64,000 bases of DNA from Endomicrobiales bacterium. Its GTDB lineage: Bacteria; Elusimicrobiota; Endomicrobiia; Endomicrobiales; CAWCFT01. The notes under the pieces are model-generated. The model saw nothing but the letters and a program-made list of their open reading frames with translations, had not been told where the DNA came from and did not search any database. Positions 39,919 to 50,117 of this stretch are shown piece by piece. Both the position numbers and the translations under genes were made by a program. Within the stretch, counting starts at the first letter, position 1, and each line of letters opens with the position of its first letter. The DNA is taken from contig CAWCFT010000002.1 of NCBI GenBank assembly GCA_963794945.1, positions 64,001 through 128,000 of the forward strand, given 5' to 3'.

Positions 39919-41322
39919 ATGAAAACAACTAAAACAAATATAAAAGGCGCATCATCGAGAGGCATTTATTTTAACACCGGCAACGGGTTCCCGCTCCAAG
40001 TCATAGATATCGGGCACAAAGAATACGCCGGAGTAGTTTCGGCCGACAGTGCTTTCTGGGCGCTGGTAAAAAAAGATGCGCTGGGCCGGATATTTTCAAA
40101 TGCTTCTTTTCTGTCTAAATTCCGCAGGAAGGAAGATGCTTTCAATAAAGAGATAAACGACCTCAGGTTCAACCTGAAGCCTTCTGCTGTGTATTTCAAC
40201 GCCACGGACCGCTGCAACCTCAACTGTTCCTACTGCTACATCCCCGAACGGCTGCGCAAGAGCGGCAGCACGATGTCGTACAAAACACTTTCGAACGCCC
40301 TTAAAAAGCTTGAAGCATTTTTCCGGTCGACCCTCTCTAAGGGCCAAAGGCCCCAGATAGTTTTCCACGGCGCGGAACCGCTTATGGCCCGCGAAGCGAT
40401 ATTTAAGGCTATCGACAACTTCGGTGATTACTTCCGTTTCGGCATACAAACTAACGGCACGCTGCTCGATGAATCCGCCGTAGAATTCCTTACGTCGCGC
40501 GGCATCAGCATCGGCCTTTCACTGGACGGCCCCACGCCGAAAATAGCCGACCGCATGCGCAGGACGTGGGACGGCCGCGGTGTTTCTCAGACTGTGGTGG
40601 ACATCATCAAACGCCTGAAAGGTTACGAGAATTATTCTGTGATATGCACGGTAACTAAAGAGAACATGTGCTCGCTTAATGAGACCGTTGACCTCCTGCA
40701 CAAGCTTGAAGTGCCCACCTGCATGTTAAACCAGGTGCGCTGCACCCTGCCAGGCGGAAAGGAGGCAAAACCTCTTGACCACGAGATGTCCAAATACTAT
40801 CTCGCCGCGCTGGACCGCACCTACGAGCTTTACCGCAAAACCGGCAGGAAGCTGGTAGTGGCGAATTTCGCCAACATCGTGTTAAGCATACTCGCGCCAA
40901 GCTCCCGCAAATTAATGTGCGATATTTCGCCCTGCGGCGGCGGCAGGTGCTTTTTCGCCGTGTCTGCCAACGGAGACGTCTTCCCGTGCAGCGAGTTCAT
41001 CGGCTTAAAGGATTTTCGCGGCGGAAACCTTTTCAAAAATGATATCAAGGCGATACTTAAATCAAAGCCCTTTAACCTCGTCACCGGCCGCAAGGTGGAG
41101 GATATCGACCCCTGCAGCCGCTGCGCGATACGCCATTTCTGCGGTTCACCCTGCCCGGCCGAGGCCCACGAGATGAACGGTTCAATGCAAAAGACCGGCG
41201 CCTTCTGCGAGCTTTACGAAGAACAGGTCCGTTACGCTTTCCGTTTGATCGCCGACGGCAAGGAAGACGCGTTCCTCTGGAAGAACTGGAAAAAAGGCAT
41301 GCCTGTAGCTTTTCAAAGCTGA
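39919..41322 (+). CDS. cbpB: Peptide-modifying radical SAM/SPASM enzyme CbpB
   Basis: CNLNCSYCY, FHGAEPL, QTNG, SLDG; SPASM CDISPCGGGRC..FPC..CSRC.IRHFCGSPC. Confidence 0.88.
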   Translation: MKTTKTNIKGASSRGIYFNTGNGFPLQVIDIGHKEYAGVVSADSAFWALVKKDALGRIFSNASFLSKFRRKEDAFNKEINDLRFNLKPSAVYFNATDRCNLNCSYCYIPERLRKSGSTMSYKTLSNALKKLEAFFRSTLSKGQRPQIVFHGAEPLMAREAIFKAIDNFGDYFRFGIQTNGTLLDESAVEFLTSRGISIGLSLDGPTPKIADRMRRTWDGRGVSQTVVDIIKRLKGYENYSVICTVTKENMCSLNETVDLLHKLEVPTCMLNQVRCTLPGGKEAKPLDHEMSKYYLAALDRTYELYRKTGRKLVVANFANIVLSILAPSSRKLMCDISPCGGGRCFFAVSANGDVFPCSEFIGLKDFRGGNLFKNDIKAILKSKPFNLVTGRKVEDIDPCSRCAIRHFCGSPCPAEAHEMNGSMQKTGAFCELYEEQVRYAFRLIADGKEDAFLWKNWKKGMPVAFQS

Positions 41323-41342
41323 AGAAAAGTGCGGCACTGTGA

Positions 41343-41972
41343 TTACTGAAGGAATTTGTTGGGGTACTGCTTGACTACGCCTGTGGAGAAGATCTTTGCT
41401 ACTTCGAGGCTCTTGTCGCGGGTCCGCGAGAAAATATTGGCGTTGGGTTTACCGTAGGTCTGGTTCTGTATCTCTATCTCCTGGACGATAAGGTCGGCGT
41501 AGTCCTTCAGGGCGTATGACAAACCGCTGTCCTGCCATACGGGGCTTAAATTATTAAGGAAGTCGGCAATCTCGTCGGATTTATCCATCATTTCGCTTAA
41601 GATGCTTGTTGTATCGCCGTGCTGCCTCTCGAAATCCGCGTAATCCTCGGGCATTTGAAAATACTGCTTTAAAAGCCTGGCTATCTGCCCGCCTATCGTT
41701 TCACCATAGTAGGCCTTGAAGACATCGCCTATATCTTCCGTGCACTCGGCAAGATCTATCATGGCGTCATCCGTGTTATCGTTTCCGGCCAGGGTCTGTG
41801 TGTCAAGGGCCCTCTGCTTGTCCAGGCACTGCGTGAAAAAGCCGGCCATATTAGCCCTGAACTGCACCTCTTTAGCGCTCATATCGGTATTCATTCCGTC
41901 GACAGCCTGCGCAGGCAGGCCCAAAAGGAAAAACAAAGAACAAACTGATAACAGTGCCGAGTATCTTTTCAT
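41343..41972 (-). CDS. Hypothetical secreted helical protein
   Basis: CAGGAG RBS, signal peptide, IGDVFKAYYG, DEIADFL, GVVKQYP.KF. Confidence 0.7.
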   Translation of the reverse strand: MKRYSALLSVCSLFFLLGLPAQAVDGMNTDMSAKEVQFRANMAGFFTQCLDKQRALDTQTLAGNDNTDDAMIDLAECTEDIGDVFKAYYGETIGGQIARLLKQYFQMPEDYADFERQHGDTTSILSEMMDKSDEIADFLNNLSPVWQDSGLSYALKDYADLIVQEIEIQNQTYGKPNANIFSRTRDKSLEVAKIFSTGVVKQYPNKFLQ

Positions 41973-42176
41973 TTGCGTCTCCTGGTTTTGGGCCTGGTCT
42001 TAACCGCGTTATACGGTTGATTATAGCAAAAATAACGTTCACAAAACACCCGCCTCACGCCAACTTACCGATAGTATCCTCATTATTGACTCGTTAAATG
42101 CAAAGAGTTAAAATTGACTCATCAGCTCGCGGGGCCGGATCTAACGCCCTGAATAACGAATAACGGGGAGGGTAAC

Positions 42177-43010
42177 GTGAAAATATTTATAACCGGTATT
42201 TTCGTTTTGTTTATAACGGCAGCGTCCTGCTCGGCGGACACTATTTTCCTGAACGACGGGCAGGCTATCAGGGGAGATATAACATCTGAAAGCGCGGACT
42301 CCGTAATGATCCAAACTTATAACGGCGGGGAAGAAAGGATCGAAAGGAATTACATAGCGAGAATAGTGAGAGAAGAAAATTTCTTCAGTTACAGGCGCAT
42401 GATGAGGAACGGCTACGTGAGCGGCGGGCAGTGGTTCAGCGATGAGTGGATATTCCAGATCGGCGTCGATTTTGACGGCACGCACGAAGTATCCAACGGC
42501 AGCCTGTCTGTCGCTGGTTCGCCCACCCAATCCACTAACAGCTCGCAGCACGTCAACTCCGGGATGTCCATAGGGTGGCAATACGTGTCTTATCTCGACA
42601 AGAACTTCGGTATCGGCGGCGGGGTGGATATACAGTCGCTCAGGAGCCTTTCCGACGGGTCGGGAAGTTTCGGGTTCACGCCGATCTACGGGCTTATAAA
42701 AGCGCGCACGAATCCCGGAAAAAGGAATTCTTTTGAATATCTGATCGGCGAGATAGGCTACAACTTCCTCGACGGTGATGTGAACTATGCCGGAAGGAAC
42801 GGTTCGCTGGACGGGGGGCTGTATTTCGGGGTTGGCGCGGGAGTAAGCATTAACAGGGTCAAGGTCGAACTGCTTTATACCGAAGACAGGGGCAAGGTAA
42901 GCGATTCCGGCTACATGTTCAACTCTGCTACTAACACGTACAACTATTTTACCGAATCGGGCGATATCAAATATTCCAAGCTCGGGCTTAATATAGGTTT
43001 TATATTTTAG
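42177..43010 (+). CDS. Outer-membrane beta-barrel protein
   Basis: Signal peptide, DTIFLNDG..IRGDI N-domain, GGLYFGVGAG, ends GFIF. Confidence 0.7.
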   Translation: MKIFITGIFVLFITAASCSADTIFLNDGQAIRGDITSESADSVMIQTYNGGEERIERNYIARIVREENFFSYRRMMRNGYVSGGQWFSDEWIFQIGVDFDGTHEVSNGSLSVAGSPTQSTNSSQHVNSGMSIGWQYVSYLDKNFGIGGGVDIQSLRSLSDGSGSFGFTPIYGLIKARTNPGKRNSFEYLIGEIGYNFLDGDVNYAGRNGSLDGGLYFGVGAGVSINRVKVELLYTEDRGKVSDSGYMFNSATNTYNYFTESGDIKYSKLGLNIGFIF

Positions 43011-43014
43011 AGCG

Positions 43015-45135
43015 TTAGCCGCGCTGATCTATCTTTACAAGCTTGATCATTATTAGCGCTACCAGCGTCCCTACTATCGCGCCCGCCAGCACGTCCAGCG
43101 GGAAATGCACGCCGATATATATCCTCGATAGCCCCATGCAAACGGCTCCGCAATAGAACAGCCACCAGTATTTTTTGAACCTTGAAGTGAGATAAGTAGC
43201 CACGCTGAACGCTATCTGGCTGTGGCCCGACGGGAATGAACCCCTTTCCAGCAGTTCGTTGAACACGCGCACCTTGCTGCCGAATATCACAAGGGGCCTC
43301 ATCCTGCCAAAATATTCTTTCAGAAAATGCACCAGTATCCCGCCTAATCCTATTATTCCTATGAATAGTATGAATTCCGCGAGGAATTTTTCACGCTTGG
43401 TAAACCAGAGCAGTATGCCCACCACCGCCACAAGTATCACAAGCCCCGAATTAAAACCGTAGTCCGTGTCGAACTTTGTGAATTTCCACATCATGTAATT
43501 GGCCGCGTTTATGTCTATCTGCCTGTTGAAGAGCCAGAACAGCCTGTAGTCAAGCTTCCTGGCACCTTCCATTATCGTTAGCTTTTTTCCGGCGGCCTCG
43601 GACGTGTATTCCGCTGGAAGGTCCTTGAGCCTGAACTTCCTGCCGACGGTTATCCAGAACACGCGCACCTTTTTGCCCGAACGGTATATGTCCACCGTCA
43701 CCGGCTTTTCCCAGGACTCGAAAGGATAAACCTTTGAAGGGTCAACATAAAAATAATCATTCGTAACGAACACGCCGTCCTTGCCGTCCAGCGCGCTCAG
43801 GTCCCTCTGCCAGAAGTCGTAGGCGTCTATCCTGTCGCTGAGCGAGTAAACGCGCGGGTGGCCTGGGATATAGAAACTCAGCTGGCTCGCTATGTAGTGC
43901 CTGTGCGTGAAAATAAACGGCTTCGCGCCGGTTTGTCGGGCTATTATCTCGTTGATCTTATTTCCGGCTTCTTTCCAGCCGTAAAGCTCGTTGGTGACGT
44001 CTATCTTCTCGGCTTTTGTGATGCCGTCCTCGATCTTGGAGGCCTCGGCCTTTGGAAGAAGAATCTCGGGAGGTATCACCTTGAACATCGCCTGCAGCGG
44101 TATAAGAACGCATAGCAGCAGCCCGACAAGCGCACCGGTAATTGCCGTTGCCCTGAACCATTTTTTGCCCCAGTAATTTACACCCAGTTCCGCCGCGGCT
44201 GGCGTCAGTATAAGGTAGCCCATCGCCGGCCAGTGAGGCAGTATCTCGTTGAAGCTCGCTATAAGGTTGAACAGGAACAGCGTGGGGAAAGAGAACGCGA
44301 ATATAAGCAGAGCCTTGTCATCTTTGTCTTTGAACGTTCTTACAGCGCTTAGCGCCAGAGCCCACCAGAGGCCGAAAAATATTACCGGAGAAACGTACCC
44401 GGCCTGGGTGCCGAGGCACTTGCCCAAAAGGGCGATCGAAAAATGCGGAGCGCTCTTGCCCATGCCGTGCCTCAGCTGGAAGCCGAACGACGCGAACGAG
44501 TTCTGGAGGTTCCAAATTATCACCGGCAGGAAAATTACCAGCGCTATCCCAAGCGCGATGTAAGGCTCTTTCCTCTCTAAGTGGTGCCTGTGTTCTTTTG
44601 AGCATAATAGATAGAGCCCGGCCGATACCGGCAGAAGTACGGCGTTGTATTTGCTTAGGAGCGCAAAACCCAGTGTTACTCCCAGGACATACCAGTAGGC
44701 CGGTTTATTGTCCCTGACCATCCTGTAGAACACATGCAAAAATATCATCCAGAACAACGACAGAGGCGTGTCCGGTATAGTGACCACCGCGCCCAGAAAA
44801 GAAAAAACCGGTATGACGTTTAGAAGCACGGTAGCCCAGAAAGCTGTTTTTTCTCCGTAAAGGTCTTTAGCGAGCTTGTATATCAGGCAGGATACCGCTA
44901 CGAATATAAGTACAGCCGGCAAACGCACCGCGAATTCCGTGTTGCCGAAAACCGAAGTGAACGCCTTTATAAGCCATGCGACGAACGGCGGGTGGTCAAA
45001 ATACGAAAGCTGGGGATATCTCGTGTAGGTCCAGTAATGGGCCTCGTCGCCGGTAAGCCCGATGCGGCCAATTATCAACAGGCGCAGCAGCGCGGTAAAG
45101 ACAGTTATTATCCAGAATAGTGTTTGATAGGCCAT
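43015..45135 (-). CDS. GT39/ArnT-like glycosyltransferase fused to a PAP2 phosphatase
   Basis: DEAHYW, SYFDHPP, ALLSKY; C-terminal KEYFGRMRP, SFPSGHS, SRIYIGVHFPLDV. Confidence 0.88.
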   Translation of the reverse strand: MAYQTLFWIITVFTALLRLLIIGRIGLTGDEAHYWTYTRYPQLSYFDHPPFVAWLIKAFTSVFGNTEFAVRLPAVLIFVAVSCLIYKLAKDLYGEKTAFWATVLLNVIPVFSFLGAVVTIPDTPLSLFWMIFLHVFYRMVRDNKPAYWYVLGVTLGFALLSKYNAVLLPVSAGLYLLCSKEHRHHLERKEPYIALGIALVIFLPVIIWNLQNSFASFGFQLRHGMGKSAPHFSIALLGKCLGTQAGYVSPVIFFGLWWALALSAVRTFKDKDDKALLIFAFSFPTLFLFNLIASFNEILPHWPAMGYLILTPAAAELGVNYWGKKWFRATAITGALVGLLLCVLIPLQAMFKVIPPEILLPKAEASKIEDGITKAEKIDVTNELYGWKEAGNKINEIIARQTGAKPFIFTHRHYIASQLSFYIPGHPRVYSLSDRIDAYDFWQRDLSALDGKDGVFVTNDYFYVDPSKVYPFESWEKPVTVDIYRSGKKVRVFWITVGRKFRLKDLPAEYTSEAAGKKLTIMEGARKLDYRLFWLFNRQIDINAANYMMWKFTKFDTDYGFNSGLVILVAVVGILLWFTKREKFLAEFILFIGIIGLGGILVHFLKEYFGRMRPLVIFGSKVRVFNELLERGSFPSGHSQIAFSVATYLTSRFKKYWWLFYCGAVCMGLSRIYIGVHFPLDVLAGAIVGTLVALIMIKLVKIDQRG

Positions 45136-45147
45136 ATTATTTTAAAA

Positions 45148-45260
45148 TAAAAAATCAAATATCAAAAATCAAATTTAACGTACCGCGTGGGGCTTATTTA
45201 AAATTGTTTTATGAGCAAAACTCCTAAATTTTGATCTTTGATTTTTAACATTTGACATTT
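45148..45260. repeat. AT-rich heptamer inverted repeat
   Basis: AAATCAAATATCAAAAATCAAA ... TTTTGATCTTTGATTTTTAACATTTGACATTT. Confidence 0.7.
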
Positions 45261-45281
45261 AGTAGTTATCGGCATGATCAG

Positions 45282-45992
45282 TTATTTTAACTTTAGCAGC
45301 CACACCCTTAAGAGGTATTTGAGGAGCGTTAACGGTTTTAATTTGGATTCGCCGGCTATCCTCGGCAGAAATTCGATGGGTATCTCGCTGATCTTTATTG
45401 AATTCTTTTTGGCATAAAAAAGCACTTCGGTCACTATGAAGGGGTCTCTCGCTGAAAGCCTGGGAAGTATTTTCTCCAGCGCGCCTCTTTCAAAAAGCCT
45501 GAAACCCGAGCTCGGGTCTTTGACCTTTATTCCCAGCACGAAAGAGAGGTACCTGCGGGCAAAGCCGCTTATCGTTTTGCGGAGCGCTGTGCGCGCCTCG
45601 TCTTTGCCTCCGGCCACGTAGCGTGACCCTATCACTATCCCGCCGCCTGCGGCGTTGGCGAAAAGCGTGGGGATATAGGCCGGGGAATGCGAGCCGTCGC
45701 CGTCCATCTCCACGACGTACTTGGCGCCCATCTCTAAAGCTTTTTTAAAACCGTCTATTCCGGCCCACCCCCTGCCGCGGTTCTCTTTTCTTAACAGGAG
45801 GTGCACACGCTTGTCGGTCCTTGCCATTTCTTCAACAAGCTTGTAAGTCCCGTCCGGTGAGAAATCGTCAACTACCAGCACCTCAATGTTCAGTGGAAGC
45901 GCGAGTATCTCGGAAACCACCTGCTTTATATTACCAGCTTCGTTGTAGGTAGGGATGACTGCAATAATGTCCACTTTAAGATCCTTATCCAA
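45282..45992 (-). CDS. GT2 polyprenol-phosphate glycosyltransferase (DPM1-like)
   Basis: VIPTYNE, VVDDFSPDGT, EMDGDGSH, IGSRYV, GESK. Confidence 0.88.
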   Translation of the reverse strand: MDKDLKVDIIAVIPTYNEAGNIKQVVSEILALPLNIEVLVVDDFSPDGTYKLVEEMARTDKRVHLLLRKENRGRGWAGIDGFKKALEMGAKYVVEMDGDGSHSPAYIPTLFANAAGGGIVIGSRYVAGGKDEARTALRKTISGFARRYLSFVLGIKVKDPSSGFRLFERGALEKILPRLSARDPFIVTEVLFYAKKNSIKISEIPIEFLPRIAGESKLKPLTLLKYLLRVWLLKLK

Positions 45993-46045
45993 AAATCAAA
46001 TATTAAATATCAAAATTATGGTTAACAACTGATAAGATAATATTC

Positions 46046-47212
46046 TCAAGTTTTGATATGCAATTTTGATCTTTGATTCTTGATATTTGATATCTCTTCC
46101 ATGTGTTTGCTCACGGCATTTAATACTTCGGCCGGGCTTATCAGTTTCATGCAGTCGGGGCGCACATCGCAGTCGGGCAGGTAACAGCACGCGCACTTGG
46201 CCGGGCTCACTATCTTTGTCCCGCGGCCGTACATCTCAATCTCAGCTGATGACGTCGGGCCGAACAGCGCGACCGCTTTCTTTTTAAGGCCCAGCGCGGC
46301 GTGCAGGGCCAGCGTGTCTCCGGAAACCATGATGTCGCTCAGGTCAAGCAGAGCGAAAAAATCAAGGAGTGAATTGTCCGTCCCGGCGCTTACGGCTTTG
46401 CCTTTGGAAGCCTTTACGAGTTTGGTTATGAGGTCCTTTTCTTCTTTGCCGCCGTAAAGCACGGCTTTCGCGCCGAGGCCGTGCACGGCGTTTATCAGTT
46501 TGACATAACCCGCGTCGGTCCATTTCTTGAACCTCCAGCGGCCGCCGGCGCCGGGGTTTATTCCAACCACAGTCTCGCCTGTAAGCTTGTTGCGGCGGGC
46601 AAACTCCATCGCCTTCCGCACGGACTTTTTATCGAGGGGGGTATATATCTCGTAATCGCCTCTATCGAGGCCGGTGATCTTCGACATCCACCACTGGTAG
46701 GTTCCCCTGTTCTTCTTTTTAATGTCGTCGAACGCGCTCATCGAGAGCCACTTGCGCGCGTAGGGCCCCGAACACTCCACCCTGCGTCCGTGGCCCAGCC
46801 AGAAACCCAGTTTCCTGCCGGCCGAGGCAAGCGTCGCCAGCCCCAGGCTTTCGGGAGCGAGGTCGAGGTTTATGCGAACATCGAACCTTTCTTTTGTTAT
46901 CTTGCCGAATATATCGCAGTCGAAATTCCACACACGGCTCACGCTGGGGTTTTTTTCGAGTATCACCGCGGAATGCGGCGCCACTATCCAGGTTACTTCG
47001 GGGTTATTGTATTTTTTCTTGAGGCCTTCAAGCAGGAATGTTGTGCGCAGGACGTCGCCCATCGCGCCGATCTTCACGATAAGGACCTTCTTCCTTTTCG
47101 CCTGGGCGTTAACGGAAACGTATTTACCGCACGAAACGCATTTGATGCCGCTCTTCTTGTGAAAAGCGCAGGGCCTGTCCAGCGGGAAATGTACGCAGTC
47201 AGTTCTTACCAT
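46046..47212 (-). CDS. GT9 (heptosyltransferase-like) glycosyltransferase
   Basis: KIGAMGDVLRT, GINPGAG..W..KKW, SGDTLALH, LFGPTS; Cys clusters at both ends; tail runs into a heptamer repeat at 45993-46092. Confidence 0.85.
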   Translation of the reverse strand: MVRTDCVHFPLDRPCAFHKKSGIKCVSCGKYVSVNAQAKRKKVLIVKIGAMGDVLRTTFLLEGLKKKYNNPEVTWIVAPHSAVILEKNPSVSRVWNFDCDIFGKITKERFDVRINLDLAPESLGLATLASAGRKLGFWLGHGRRVECSGPYARKWLSMSAFDDIKKKNRGTYQWWMSKITGLDRGDYEIYTPLDKKSVRKAMEFARRNKLTGETVVGINPGAGGRWRFKKWTDAGYVKLINAVHGLGAKAVLYGGKEEKDLITKLVKASKGKAVSAGTDNSLLDFFALLDLSDIMVSGDTLALHAALGLKKKAVALFGPTSSAEIEMYGRGTKIVSPAKCACCYLPDCDVRPDCMKLISPAEVLNAVSKHMEEISNIKNQRSKLHIKT

Positions 47213-47371
47213 ATAGAGAGTAAGAATACCAAATTTTTGTTTCTCCGTCAAATATGGTATAATTCCAAAAGCTAATTAAAAATTGAAAATTAGAAAATTT
47301 AAGATTTCAAATATACCGATAATTTTTAATCTTCAATCTTGAATCTTAAATTTCGAATGCTTAAAAACAAT

Positions 47372-48163
47372 ATGAACACCAAACTTCATAAGTTAACTAA
47401 ACTCCTCAAATCATATCGCAGGGTGCTCATCGCCTATTCCGGCGGGGTGGATTCTACATTCCTGCTCGCGTTCGCGGTTAAAGCGCTGGGAAAGGGCAAC
47501 GTTCTGGCGGTTACAGCGGTCAGCGAGACATACCCGGCAAACGAGCTTAAGAACGCGAAGCGGTTCGGGAAACTCATCGGCGCCGGCCAGATATTTATCA
47601 AGTCGGCGGAGCTAAAGAACAAAAACTTCCGCGCCAACCCGCTCAACCGCTGTTTTTACTGCAAGATGGAGCTCTTCAAAAAACTTTCGGCTATGGCCAA
47701 AAAGAGGGGCATGGTTCTCCTCGACGCCACCAATTATTCCGACCGCTCGGATTTCCGGCCCGGAAGGCTTGCGGCCAAAAAACTCAAGGTCAAGTCTCCC
47801 CTGCTGGACGCCCGCATAACAAAAGATGAGCTGAGAGGTTTCAGCCGCGCCATGCATCTTCCCAACTGGGACGCTCCTGCCCAGGCCTGCCTCGCCTCGC
47901 GCCTGCCTTACGGCACCGGCATTTCGGAAGACATATTAAGAAGGATAGAAAAAGGGGAATCGTACCTCAAAAAGGCCGGGTTCAGGGTTTTCAGGCTGAG
48001 GCACCACGGGGACATCGCGCGGATAGAAGTCGCAAAGAATGAGCTGCGCGGATTGCTCGGCGCTGACATAAGTCGCCTTTCGGCGTACCTCAAAAAACTC
48101 GGCTGGCGCTACGTGACCGTCGACCTCGAAGGCTACCGCACCGGCAGCCTAAATCCGAGATAG
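47372..48163 (+). CDS. larE: ATP-dependent sulfur transferase LarE
   Basis: AYSGGVDS PP-loop, NRCFYCK, RPG..A, ACLASRLPYG, RLRHHG.IARIEV, DLEGYRTGSLN. Confidence 0.92.
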   Translation: MNTKLHKLTKLLKSYRRVLIAYSGGVDSTFLLAFAVKALGKGNVLAVTAVSETYPANELKNAKRFGKLIGAGQIFIKSAELKNKNFRANPLNRCFYCKMELFKKLSAMAKKRGMVLLDATNYSDRSDFRPGRLAAKKLKVKSPLLDARITKDELRGFSRAMHLPNWDAPAQACLASRLPYGTGISEDILRRIEKGESYLKKAGFRVFRLRHHGDIARIEVAKNELRGLLGADISRLSAYLKKLGWRYVTVDLEGYRTGSLNPR

Positions 48164-48306
48164 GACAATTCAAGATTTTGAAAATTGAAGATTTAAAATT
48201 ATGGAGCCTTTAATCTTCAAAATCTTCTAATCTTTAATTTTTAATCGTTTTCGCGGGCTTGACACGCACCTAATTAATTTATATAAGTTACAGCACAAAA
48301 CAAATA

Positions 48307-48448
48307 GAGATTATTGAAAAATCTAATAACCTCTGATTTCGCAGATTTTCAGAGATTACACAGATTACGTCAGGTTTTGCCGGGAATCTATGTAATCTAT
48401 TTCAGTAATCTGTGTAATCAAGGCAGTTGATAGATTATCAACTTTCTG
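48307..48448. repeat. GATTAC/GTAATC palindromic repeat family, copy 2
   Basis: GATTTCGCAGATTTTCAGAGATTACACAGATTAC ... AATCTATGTAATC...AATCTGTGTAATC. Confidence 0.7.
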
Positions 48449-48534
48449 AGTTGAAAATATTTTTATTTAAGGCTTGAATTACAAGGCAATAAGCGTAGAC
48501 TATACGTATAGTAATTTAACCGCGGAAAATATAA

Positions 48535-49990
48535 ATGAAAAAGCAGCACAAGGCTCCATTATTCGACACGCTTCTTGCCCACGCAAAGCGGAAAGTCACA
48601 TCTTTCCACACCCCCGGGCACAAGAACGGCCGCGGCATAGACCAGAAACTTAAATCATTCACGGGCGACGGCGGCTATTATTTCGACGTCACCGTGTTCC
48701 CTGAAGTCGATTCCCTGCACGACCCGCTCGGCCCCATAAAGAGAGCCGAGGAGCTTATGGCGAGGGCCTACGGCGTCGAGCACTCGTTCTTCCTTGTCAA
48801 CGGCTCCACGGTCGGCAACATCGCGATGATACTTTCCGCCTGCAAGCCGGGCAACTCGATAATAGTTTCAAGGAGTTCGCATAAATCTATAATGGCGGGC
48901 ATAATACTCGCTGGCGTGTGGCCCATCTGGATACAGCCGAAGATAGACCAGAACCTCGACATAATTTTCAATTCTTCAGCCGACGAGATAGAAGAAGCGC
49001 TCAACAGGTACCCGGAAGCGAAGGCCGTGTTCATCACGAGCCCTACTTACAACGGCATAACTACCGACCTTTTCAAGATAGCCGAGCTCTGCCATCTGCG
49101 CGGAAAGATACTTTTGGTTGACGAGGCCCACGGCGCGCACCTGAAGTTCCACAAGGACCTCCCGGTCTCGGCCGTGGAAGCGGGCGCCGATCTCTGCGTG
49201 CAGTCCACTCACAAGATCCTTTCTGCCCTTTCACAGGGTTCGGCCCTGCATTTTAACTCGAGCCTGCTGGAAGCACACAGGGTAAAGAACATAGTCTCCA
49301 TGCTTCAGACCACGAGCCCCAACTATTTGATACTCGCGAGCCTCGACCTCGCTCGCCGCCAGGCGGCTGTCCAGGGCGAGGCGATGCTCGACAAAGTCAT
49401 GCAGGCGGCCGATTTCGGCAGGAAGCAGATAAACAGGCTCGCCAAGTTCTCGTGCTTTTCGCGCCAGCACATAAACAGCCTAGGCTACGACCTTGACCCC
49501 ACAAAACTAACTATAAATGTAACCCGCACCGGTTACTCCGGCTACCAGATTGAAGACATACTGGCAAAAGAGTATAATGTCCAGGTTGATTGCGCCGACA
49601 TATTCAACCTTATAGCCATAATGGGTATCGGTTCCGACAAAAGCGACGTCCAGCAGCTCGTTGACGCGCTTGAGGACATCGAGGCCAAGTACCACGGCCA
49701 GCAGCAGAACTGGATACTCCAGATACCGTCGCTTTCCACAGAAATGGTCATGATGCCGCGCGACGTGTTCCTTATGTCGAAGACAAAAAGGGTGCCGCTG
49801 TCGAAAGCGGCCGGGTTTATCTCGGCGCAAACGCTTACGCCGTACCCTCCAGGCATACCGGTGCTGATACCCGGCGAGCGCGTTACAAAAGAGATAGTCG
49901 ATTACCTCATGGACCTTTCGGCCAAGGACATCAGGATAAGCGGCCAGGAAACGAAACAAGTTGAAGACGGTAAAAGTAGTGGCAAGTTAG
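48535..49990 (+). CDS. PLP-dependent Orn/Lys/Arg decarboxylase
   Basis: FHTPGHKNG, VNGST, SPTYNG, VDEAHGAH, QSTHKIL, TTSPNY, PYPPGIP; a terminal frameshift suggests the true end is ...KTVKVVAS* at 49990. Confidence 0.9.
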
Positions 49991-50117
49991 AAAAATTCAA
50001 AAATCAAAAATATGTATCCACTTTTGGAGTATAATTTAAATATACCGCAAAGCGGCGCATGAATTTTGATATTTAATGTTTGATATTTGATATTAAGACT
50101 AAAATAAGAGGTGACCA

